Positions 9,629 through 17,243 of a DNA stretch of 64,000 nucleotides are shown here, piece by piece (positions within the stretch are counted from its first letter, which is position 1; each line of letters begins with the position of its first letter). The stretch is from IMG/VR virus record IMGVR_UViG_3300040751_002535; one strand, given 5' to 3'. Under the pieces are notes generated by a model that was not told where the DNA came from, did not search any database, and saw only the letters and a program-made list of their open reading frames with translations. A program made the translations under genes and the position numbers. The DNA is from a virus.

Positions 9629-9634
9629 TATTTA
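9629..9634 (-). promoter_or_regulatory. T4-like late promoter (leaderless) for the amidinotransferase operon
   Basis: TAAATA, 5 nt, ATG on the minus strand. Confidence 0.6.
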
Positions 9635-9655
9635 CAAAAAACTTGCATTCAGCGG

Positions 9656-9684
9656 TTGACTTCTGGTAAATAGACTGCTATATT
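9656..9684 (+). promoter_or_regulatory. sigma70-like promoter of the tRNA cluster
   Basis: TTGACT, 17 nt, TATATT with TGn. Confidence 0.7.
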
Positions 9685-9743
9685 ATACAAGTAAGCAGAG
9701 ACACTTACAACGCTATTTGAAAATTAAGTTTTGTTATTATGAG

Positions 9744-9833
9744 GGGCAGCTGGCTGAGTGGTCGAAAGCACCGGTCTACTAAACCGACGAGGGTGAAAGT
9801 CCTCCCAGGGTTCGAATCCCTGGCTGCCCGCCA
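9744..9833 (+). tRNA. tRNA-Ser(ACT), class II
   Basis: Acceptor GGGCAGC/GCTGCCC, G73, encoded CCA, long variable arm, loop CT-ACT-AA (anticodon 9778-9780), TTCGAAT. Confidence 0.85.
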
Positions 9834-9846
9834 TAATAACAAACAT

Positions 9847-9931
9847 GCAGGTGCGATACAGTTGGAGAGGTATGCTGGTCTCCAAAACCAGTGCGTTAGC
9901 TCAGCGAGTTCGAATCTCGCCACCTGTGCCA
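9847..9931 (+). tRNA. tRNA-Trp(CCA), atypical (12-nt variable region, C8)
   Basis: Acceptor GCAGGTG/CACCTGT, stem CTGGT/ACCAG, loop CT-CCA-AA, G73, encoded CCA. Confidence 0.8.
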
Positions 9932-9938
9932 AAACAAT

Positions 9939-10012
9939 GCGGGTATCGTATAATGGTATTATTACAGATTTCCAATCTGAAGACAGGAGTTCGATTCTCC
10001 TTACCCGCTCCA
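9939..10012 (+). tRNA. tRNA-Gly(TCC)
   Basis: GCGGGTA/TACCCGC, loop TT-TCC-AA, U73, CCA. Confidence 0.9.
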
Positions 10013-10018
10013 AATAAC

Positions 10019-10094
10019 GCTCCTATAGCTCAGTTGGTAGAGCAACTGATTTGTAATCAGTAGGTCCGCGGTTCGAGTCCGTGTAGGAGCACCA
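10019..10094 (+). tRNA. tRNA-Thr(TGT)
   Basis: GCTCCTA/TAGGAGC, loop TT-TGT-AA, CCA. Confidence 0.95.
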
Positions 10095-10098
10095 CTAT

Positions 10099-10174
10099 TC
10101 TTCCTTAGCTCAGTTGGTAGAGCAATTGACTGTTAATCAATTTGTCGCTGGTTCGAGCCCAGCAGGAAGAGCCA
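10099..10174 (+). tRNA. tRNA-Asn(GTT)
   Basis: TCTTCCT/AGGAAGA, loop CT-GTT-AA, G73, CCA. Confidence 0.95.
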
Positions 10175-10184
10175 ATATAATATA

Positions 10185-10268
10185 GCCCTGGTGGTGGAAT
10201 GGTAGACACGCAGGTTTTAGGTACCTGTGCTTTACGGCGTGAGAGTTCGAGTCTCTCCCAGGGCACCA
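10185..10268 (+). tRNA. tRNA-Leu(TAG)
   Basis: GCCCTGG/CCAGGGC, loop TT-TAG-GT, long variable arm, A73, CCA. Confidence 0.92.
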
Positions 10269-10285
10269 AATATAAAGGGACGTAA

Positions 10286-10513
10286 ATGTTCACAAACGAG
10301 TTTGATCATGACTTAACAACTATTACAATAATAGATGAAACAGGTGAACACAGTGATTTGATTATTGATGCATTTGATGATGTAGTATACATACGTCAGT
10401 ACGATGAAGACTGGGATACTGATACTATACTTGAAATAACAACAGATATGTTCAACGATTTAATCAATGCTATTCATTCGACAGAAGGGTCGTTTCGTAC
10501 AGTTAATAAATAG
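10286..10513 (+). CDS. hypothetical acidic protein
   Basis: AGGGA RBS, 75 aa. Confidence 0.65.
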   Translation: MFTNEFDHDLTTITIIDETGEHSDLIIDAFDDVVYIRQYDEDWDTDTILEITTDMFNDLINAIHSTEGSFRTVNK

Positions 10514-10517
10514 TTTT

Positions 10518-10679
10518 ATGTTTACAGCAGTTAAAGAAACTATTTGGCATCTAACTTGTATTAAGTGTAAAAACTGGTTTACATATGCAACCATGGAGGA
10601 TAAAATGTGTATTGACAGATATAACTTTCATTGTCCGCATTGTGGGTCAAAAGGACGTTGTGCAATAGATGACAAATAA
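10518..10679 (+). CDS. small zinc-ribbon protein (leaderless)
   Basis: CIKC...CPHCG; ATG 5 nt after TAAATA (10507-10512). Confidence 0.65.
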   Translation: MFTAVKETIWHLTCIKCKNWFTYATMEDKMCIDRYNFHCPHCGSKGRCAIDDK

Positions 10680-11148
10680 CGAAGACATTCTAGTCTTTGA
10701 TTATGATTTTGATAAGTCAGCATTACTTGATTTTTGGAATCAGAATCAAGACAACTCTCAACCCTATACAGACAAACGTTTTGGCAAGTTTGTAATGAAC
10801 AACTGGCGCATTCTCAACGACATCGAGTTGGAGTATGCAGACAAACTAAACAAATATTTTGATATAGATACTTTACCCAAGTTTTATATTTTAAAAGCCA
10901 ATACAAAACTACTTCCACATATAGACTATGATACAACGTGCAGCATCAACTTTTTATTAAGTGATGGAGCTGCTCCTGTACGATTTGGTGACAATGAATA
11001 TTATTATCGTACAGCATTATTAAACACAACTCGTAAACATTCTGTTGACAAACACCCTGCTGACCGTTTACTGTTTAAACTGAGTGTTAAATATGAAAGT
11101 TTTGACAGTGTGAAGCAAAAGATACTAAATACTATATCAAGGAGTTAA
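10669..11148 (+). CDS. 2OG-Fe(II) oxygenase/cupin-like protein
   Basis: LPHID...CSINF...HSV...RLLFKLS. Confidence 0.55.
   Translation: MTNNEDILVFDYDFDKSALLDFWNQNQDNSQPYTDKRFGKFVMNNWRILNDIELEYADKLNKYFDIDTLPKFYILKANTKLLPHIDYDTTCSINFLLSDGAAPVRFGDNEYYYRTALLNTTRKHSVDKHPADRLLFKLSVKYESFDSVKQKILNTISRS
11126..11131 (+). promoter_or_regulatory. T4-like late promoter for the nucleotidyltransferase operon
   Basis: TAAATA upstream of AGGAG RBS and ATG 11150. Confidence 0.55.
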
Positions 11149-11149
11149 T

Positions 11150-11908
11150 ATGGGTGGTAAGGTATTTGATGGCACTAGTGATTTTGATCACAATGCTATA
11201 GAACAACTATTAGATGATGTGAACAATAAAGTTCTCAAAGGAACAGGCATTGAATGTATTCCAGTCGGTAGTGCTGCTACTCCTACACCCGGCAAACGTT
11301 CAGGTGACTTAGATGTTATTGTGGATGAAAATGCTGTTATTAGTTTTTTCAACAGTAAAAATGTCAAAGAAGCAAAACAAGCACTCAGTGATTATATTGC
11401 AAAAGCTGGATACAACACAAAGGTTATTGGCACAAACGTACACGTACAAATGCCGCTTGGTACAGAAAGTCATCAGCTGGATATTATGGTTGTTTCTGAT
11501 GCAGCAAACACTGCCAAGTTTCACACACATGATATTCCTCAAGGGTCTCCGTATAAAGGTATTCACAAACAACTTGCAATAAGCAAGATTGCAAAAGTGA
11601 AAGGCTTGTTGTGGAGTGCGTGGAAAGGCTTGTTCAAACGCAACGAGCAAGGCAAAGCCGGTGAATTTATTACAAATGATCTCAACGAAATAGCAAAAAT
11701 ACTATTAGGTGATAATCGTAGTGCAGCAGACTTGGGCAGTTTAGAAAGCATACTTGCTACAATGCCACAGAACGTGCAAGACAAACTAATGGCAGAATTA
11801 GAACAAGACAGAAACTGGGGTCCTAAGACAGAAAGTGTTATCACACTAGCTGATAAAAACCACAATCGTATTGTTGAACTAATGAATAGATTGGCCGACA
11901 GTAGATGA
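11150..11908 (+). CDS. Pol-beta superfamily nucleotidyltransferase
   Basis: VGS...SGDLDVIV and third acidic residue in QLDIM. Confidence 0.75.
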   Translation: MGGKVFDGTSDFDHNAIEQLLDDVNNKVLKGTGIECIPVGSAATPTPGKRSGDLDVIVDENAVISFFNSKNVKEAKQALSDYIAKAGYNTKVIGTNVHVQMPLGTESHQLDIMVVSDAANTAKFHTHDIPQGSPYKGIHKQLAISKIAKVKGLLWSAWKGLFKRNEQGKAGEFITNDLNEIAKILLGDNRSAADLGSLESILATMPQNVQDKLMAELEQDRNWGPKTESVITLADKNHNRIVELMNRLADSR

Positions 11909-13038
11909 GATACAGTGAATTTAAACTAGTAGAAGCAAAGCAACTTGGTCGTGCATTCAACCACCTCGAAGACTTGGTTTTCTTTTATGGCAGTGACGGA
12001 ACTATTGAAGCACTAGAGCATTTAAAAGATGTTGCTACTGATAGCGGCAGTCAAAGTATACGTATGAAGTGGGACGGCAATCCTCAAATCTATTGGGGAC
12101 GTGAGCGTAAAGGTGGACCACTTATACTTGCTGGCCACAATGCGTGGAGCAAGGGTGTAGCTGCTACTAGTGAAGAAGAAGTAGCAGACTTTATATCCAA
12201 CAAAAGTGGCAATCCTAAAACACCAGAAGAAAAAGCAGCAAGAAGTCAGTTTGCACAGAAGTTTGCAAGCATGTATGATTACTTTGATAGAGCTACTCCA
12301 AAAGACTTTGAAGGATTTGTATATGCTGATGGATTGTTTTTAGATCCACCTCAAGAGAAAGATGGAGTGTACACATTCTGTCCAAATCCAAAATCACAAA
12401 CTTGTTATCATGTACGTGCAAACAGCGAACTAGGCAAACGAATTGATAGAGCAACTATAATGGTGGTTGGACATGCGTTCTTTCCAAAGTTTGGTATGCC
12501 AGATAGTGAGCAACAACCAATGCAAGACTTTAGTATGTTTGACAACGATCCTAGTATTGTTGTGCTGGGACCAGTTTACAACGACAAACCAGTACAAGTT
12601 GATACAAGTGCTATCGATGCTGTAGAAAACTTTGTTTCACAAAACAAACAAGCCATTGATGGATTTTTAGCAGGTGTCCCGGGACTTGCAGATTTAAAAA
12701 ATATCATTTACACATATGTTAATCAGACTGCTAAAGCCAAACGCTTGGATAGCTTGAGTGCTGAAGATTTTTCAAACTGGTTACAAAACAGCAAAGTAAG
12801 CACAGGAAAGCAAGCAAAGATCGCCGAGTTGGATTTACAGTTTAAGGGTGCTACTAGTGCTATTTTTGAACTAGTAAAAATGATACAACGTATGAAAGAT
12901 GAAGTTATTGATCAAATAGAAGGTGAACAAGGCGACATTTGGGACACCAATGGTGAAGGTCGTGTACGCTATGCAGACCCTAATAAAAAGTTCGGCAACG
13001 TAAAACTTGTTCCAAGAAAAAGGTGGACCCCAGCATGA
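11905..13038 (+). CDS. RNA-ligase-like covalent nucleotidyltransferase (DUF6267-like)
   Basis: HLED; KWDG (motif I KxDG); EGRV (motif IV); VKLV (motif V). Confidence 0.65.
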   Translation: MRYSEFKLVEAKQLGRAFNHLEDLVFFYGSDGTIEALEHLKDVATDSGSQSIRMKWDGNPQIYWGRERKGGPLILAGHNAWSKGVAATSEEEVADFISNKSGNPKTPEEKAARSQFAQKFASMYDYFDRATPKDFEGFVYADGLFLDPPQEKDGVYTFCPNPKSQTCYHVRANSELGKRIDRATIMVVGHAFFPKFGMPDSEQQPMQDFSMFDNDPSIVVLGPVYNDKPVQVDTSAIDAVENFVSQNKQAIDGFLAGVPGLADLKNIIYTYVNQTAKAKRLDSLSAEDFSNWLQNSKVSTGKQAKIAELDLQFKGATSAIFELVKMIQRMKDEVIDQIEGEQGDIWDTNGEGRVRYADPNKKFGNVKLVPRKRWTPA

Positions 13039-13622
13039 GACTAAGACAACTATTTGAAGCACCTGGCGAAACAGTAGGACTTATATTTGGAAGATTCAAT
13101 CCTCCACACAAAGGTCACAAAAATGCATGGGAAATGGCCAGTCGAGAAACACACTGGTATGTAGGCACTAATCAAAGCACAGTTGGTCCTAAAGATCCAT
13201 TGCCTGCACAAGCAAAAGTTGTTGCAATGGAAACTATTTGGCCTGAAGTAAAAGGACATATTGTATTCAGTCAAAGTTGGCTAACACTTGCTAGTGAGCT
13301 ATATGCAAAGCATCCTGATGCTACATTAAAACTTTACACAGACGAAGCATGGGTTCCTAAAACTATACAGCAGTATAATGGTGCAGAAGGCCCGCACGGT
13401 AGTTACAACTTCAAAGACATAGAATGGGTAAAGCCGCCAAGACTTGCAAGTGCAACAGATCTACGTGCAGCAGTGTTAAATGATGATCCAGAAGCATTTG
13501 GCAAAGCAGCAGGAGTTCCTGCTGATACTGTAGTTGATATTCCAGGCGAGAATGTAACATTCTTTGAACTAGTTAAAAAGTATTTAGATCCACATCGCGA
13601 AAAACTTCTTGCTAAAAAATAA
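13035..13622 (+). CDS. HxGH cytidyltransferase/NMNAT-like nucleotidyltransferase
   Basis: FGRFNPPHKGH, KDPL, SAT..R motifs; ATGA coupling. Confidence 0.8.
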   Translation: MRLRQLFEAPGETVGLIFGRFNPPHKGHKNAWEMASRETHWYVGTNQSTVGPKDPLPAQAKVVAMETIWPEVKGHIVFSQSWLTLASELYAKHPDATLKLYTDEAWVPKTIQQYNGAEGPHGSYNFKDIEWVKPPRLASATDLRAAVLNDDPEAFGKAAGVPADTVVDIPGENVTFFELVKKYLDPHREKLLAKK

Positions 13623-13637
13623 AATCTATAGTATACT
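13609..13637 (+). promoter_or_regulatory. sigma70-like promoter (leaderless) for the radical SAM cluster
   Basis: TTGCTA, 17 nt, TATACT; ATG at 13644, no SD. Confidence 0.55.
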
Positions 13638-13643
13638 ATAACA

Positions 13644-14834
13644 ATGTACAAATGTTATTTCCTATTGGACGAGATTCTAGAATCTCCGTATGAGCCAATC
13701 TCTATAAAGTTGCCTGGTTCAAGGCTTCACTCAATGCCGCTGGACTATCTGCTAGGACATTTTGACGATTTTAACTACAGAAACTTTTTTCATATAAGTC
13801 GAATAGAACTATTAGATACACAGACACCAAAGTTTATTGTTAATGTAATACATATGCCCAACTGGGTAGATACAAATCTATCAAAAGATGGCATTGATTT
13901 ATTAAAAAATGATCCTAATGTTTATTTGTGCTTGATAACTACATTAGAATGTGTATTAGATACAAAGGCACTAGCAAATGAGTTAAACAGTAAAGAAATA
14001 CCATTACACAAAGTTGTTGTTATGACTAGTAATATGCAGGCTCACGGAAATAAACTGGATGGTGTAAACTATATTTGTGTTAACTTTTGGGAAAGTATTA
14101 CTAGGCTTCATCATCAGACGTTGCCCGATATTAGTGTAACTACACCTAAGCAACTTTCAATAAATACAGCAGAAAAAAAGTTTTTGTGTTTGAATAGGAA
14201 TATAAAGCCTCATCGTATATGGCTAATGTACAGCCTATTGCGTAGTGATATAATCAAAGAAGGACATGTAAGTTTTAACCTTCCTAGTGTCGATCGTAGA
14301 GCATTTTATGTGTGTGCTAGATCGCATCATACACTAAAACGTATTCCTGAATCTCTACACGATGATTATAAGATGGCATTGGTTAGAGAAATGTATAATC
14401 GTAAACTAGATCCATTGCACAATCACCATGTAATAAACTATAACTCTAGTATCAAGTCTTACTACAATGACAGTTTGTTGAGTGTAATAACCGAAAGCGA
14501 TACTAGTCTTAACTTTATTACAGAAAAAACTTACAAGGCTATAATGAATCTTCATCCGTTTTTTATTGTTGGCAATCCTGATCAACATGCATTACTTCGA
14601 GCTAGAGGCTATCATACTTTTGAAGATTTGTTTGGAGTTGATCAGATTACCAACTATGCAGAAGCATCGAAAATGTGGAAACACATCGGTAGTAAAAATA
14701 TAGATGTATTAAAACAAAACATCAAGAAAAAATATTTAGATAAATTAATACATAACCAGCAGTTATTTCTTTCAAGGAAGATTAGTTGGAACGATATAAC
14801 AAATAATCTTATAACAGCAGTAGGTGATACTTGA
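13644..14834 (+). CDS. putative glycosyltransferase-like protein (GT-B-type C-terminus)
   Basis: FLCLNR..PHR and FITEKTYKAI...PFFIVG...GY.TF, reminiscent of the GT10 fucosyltransferase nucleotide-sugar motif. Confidence 0.45.
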   Translation: MYKCYFLLDEILESPYEPISIKLPGSRLHSMPLDYLLGHFDDFNYRNFFHISRIELLDTQTPKFIVNVIHMPNWVDTNLSKDGIDLLKNDPNVYLCLITTLECVLDTKALANELNSKEIPLHKVVVMTSNMQAHGNKLDGVNYICVNFWESITRLHHQTLPDISVTTPKQLSINTAEKKFLCLNRNIKPHRIWLMYSLLRSDIIKEGHVSFNLPSVDRRAFYVCARSHHTLKRIPESLHDDYKMALVREMYNRKLDPLHNHHVINYNSSIKSYYNDSLLSVITESDTSLNFITEKTYKAIMNLHPFFIVGNPDQHALLRARGYHTFEDLFGVDQITNYAEASKMWKHIGSKNIDVLKQNIKKKYLDKLIHNQQLFLSRKISWNDITNNLITAVGDT

Positions 14835-16042
14835 CCCAAGATTTTAAAAAACATTTTTGCATGGCGCCATGGACACACATGAGCGTATGGCAAAACGGTG
14901 ATGCATATCCTTGTTGTATATACCACTGGGATATGCCTATTGGTAACATCAACGAAGCTGGGTTTAAAGGTGCATGGAACAGTGAAAAGATGCGTGACTT
15001 GCGTATGCGTATGTTAAACAACGAACCAAGCGAAGGATGCAAAAAGTGTATCAACTATGACGACCAAGGTATTATCAGTTATAGACACAAGTTCAATACC
15101 GAATACGATCATCATTACAACTTAGTAGAAACAACCAGCGACGACGGCAGTGTAGAACAAATGAACCTTGCTTACTTTGATGTAAGGTTTAGTAATCTAT
15201 GCAACATGAAATGCCGTAGTTGTGGTCCACATTTCAGCAGCAAGTGGGCAGAAGATATTTCAGGTAAGCCCGAAGTTGTAGAAATCAATCATCCAGAAAT
15301 GTGGGACGAGATTGAAGAAATGTTGCCCACTATAGAAGAAGTTTATTTTACTGGCGGCGAAAGCCTGTTTATGGAGCAGCATTATAGGCTGCTGGATATG
15401 CTTATAGAGCGTGGACTCAAACCGAGATTAACATACAACAGCAATGCTAGTAGATTGAGCCTCAAAGGCAAACACATAAAAGATTACTGGCAGCACTTTG
15501 ATAAAATATTCTTTTGTGTGAGTTGTGATCAAATAGGCATCAAAGCTGAATACACACGGGCTGGACAAAAGTGGAGTACAGTATTTGATAACTTGTGCTG
15601 GATACGTGATAACTTTGAACACAGCTATGACAAGGGTGTAGTTATACAACCTAATCCAACTATCAGTGTATTGAACATATTAGATTTGCGTAAGATTATC
15701 AACTTCTTGTTTGAACACAATATACCCACTGACTACGATATCAATCTCAGCAACTTGCTAGTTGGACCTGACTGGCTTAGTATTACAATACTACCTGATC
15801 ACATAAAACAACTGGCTAAAGAAAACATAATATTATTAAAAGAAGATATTGATAAGTTGAATATGTATCCACAACGTAAAGAGTTTTTGCACACAGGACT
15901 AGACAATATCATAAACTTCATGTATAGTAAAGATGACAGTCATCTGATTCCTGCATTTAGGAATGAAATGCAGAAAATAGATTTAAAACGTGGTGAAAAC
16001 TTTCTCAACGTATTTCCAGAACTAAAGGACTTGTATGTCTAA
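14831..16042 (+). CDS. radical SAM protein with N-terminal Twitch/SPASM domain
   Basis: FCMAPW...PCC...CKKC, then CNMKCRSC and GGE. Confidence 0.9.
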   Translation: MTQDFKKHFCMAPWTHMSVWQNGDAYPCCIYHWDMPIGNINEAGFKGAWNSEKMRDLRMRMLNNEPSEGCKKCINYDDQGIISYRHKFNTEYDHHYNLVETTSDDGSVEQMNLAYFDVRFSNLCNMKCRSCGPHFSSKWAEDISGKPEVVEINHPEMWDEIEEMLPTIEEVYFTGGESLFMEQHYRLLDMLIERGLKPRLTYNSNASRLSLKGKHIKDYWQHFDKIFFCVSCDQIGIKAEYTRAGQKWSTVFDNLCWIRDNFEHSYDKGVVIQPNPTISVLNILDLRKIINFLFEHNIPTDYDINLSNLLVGPDWLSITILPDHIKQLAKENIILLKEDIDKLNMYPQRKEFLHTGLDNIINFMYSKDDSHLIPAFRNEMQKIDLKRGENFLNVFPELKDLYV

Positions 16043-17243
16043 ACAACTTAAAAACAGCAAACACTTTTGTATGATGCCGTGGACGCATATGCATTTGTGG
16101 CCTGCTGGCACAACATATCCTTGCTGTATGAGTGATCCAGAGTTTCCTATTGGAAATACACAAGAGCAGAGTTTGCAAGAAATATGGAACGGCAAAGAAC
16201 TACGCAATATACGTATGAACATGCTACAGGACAAGCCAAGCAAAGAATGTAGACGTTGCTACGAACTAGAAGAAAACGGCATGAGTACATTGCGTACCGG
16301 TAGTATTGGAAACTATGCACACCATTGGGACAAAGTTGAAGCAACCAGCGATGATGGTAGTGCAGGCGATGTTAACATGGCATATATGGACATACGCTTT
16401 AGTAATCTTTGCAATCTTAAATGTCGCAGTTGTGGTCCACAGTTTAGCAGCAGTTGGTTTGAAGATCACAAAGTAACACACGGTGATCCAGGACATCCTA
16501 AGATACTCCAAGTACGTGATGAAATGAAAAGTTTTATGGACGAGCTTGATCCGTTGTTGGAAAGTGTAGAACGTGTGTACTGGGCCGGCGGAGAACCGCT
16601 TATTACCAAAGAGCATTACAACATACTTGACAAATGGATTGCTATGGGCAAACGTGATGTTAGTATGGATTATACTACAAACTTTACACAAATGTATTAC
16701 AAAAAGAAAACAGCATTTGATTATTGGAATAAGTTTGAAAATGTTAGAGTAGCTGGTAGTTTAGATGCCAATCATGCTAGAGGTGAATACTTGCGTAAAA
16801 ATATGGTGTGGAGTGAAGTTGTACAAAACAGACGCACAATGATAGAACAATGCCCACATGTGTATTTTGAACTAACACCTACTGTGAGTGTGTACAACGT
16901 GCTTAACCTGCCTGACTTTCACAAGGAATGGATTGAAGAAGGATTGTTAGAGCCTTCTAATATACGTATCAACATATTGTTGGATCCTACATATATGCGT
17001 TTGAGTATATTGCCTCCGTGGATTAAATCTAAAGTTGCTGAAAGATATTCAGAACATATTGCATACCTAAAGCAGTTTGATAATATTGCAGGTGTCATAA
17101 ACGATTATGAAAGTATTTTAAACTTTATGGAAAAAGACCGCACAAACGAAATAAAAATGTTTAAGTTTAAAACACAACGTATAGACACTCTAAGACAGGA
17201 AAACTTGTTAGATGTGTTTCCCGAACTGGAGGGTATTTGGTAA
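16035..17243 (+). CDS. radical SAM protein with N-terminal Twitch/SPASM domain
   Basis: FCMMPW...PCC...CRRC, CNLKCRSC, GGEP. Confidence 0.9.
   Translation: MSKQLKNSKHFCMMPWTHMHLWPAGTTYPCCMSDPEFPIGNTQEQSLQEIWNGKELRNIRMNMLQDKPSKECRRCYELEENGMSTLRTGSIGNYAHHWDKVEATSDDGSAGDVNMAYMDIRFSNLCNLKCRSCGPQFSSSWFEDHKVTHGDPGHPKILQVRDEMKSFMDELDPLLESVERVYWAGGEPLITKEHYNILDKWIAMGKRDVSMDYTTNFTQMYYKKKTAFDYWNKFENVRVAGSLDANHARGEYLRKNMVWSEVVQNRRTMIEQCPHVYFELTPTVSVYNVLNLPDFHKEWIEEGLLEPSNIRINILLDPTYMRLSILPPWIKSKVAERYSEHIAYLKQFDNIAGVINDYESILNFMEKDRTNEIKMFKFKTQRIDTLRQENLLDVFPELEGIW

Noticed and set aside
9776-9782. Amber suppressor (CTA) reading of the first tRNA, implying stop-codon recoding
   Set aside because: The 7-nt loop CTACTAA centres on ACT, not CTA. 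Recognisable genes end normally at TAG, TGA and TAA with no in-frame interruptions.
9705-10293. ORF-track ORFs overlapping the tRNA cluster
   Set aside because: They are shadow frames of six well-formed tRNAs.
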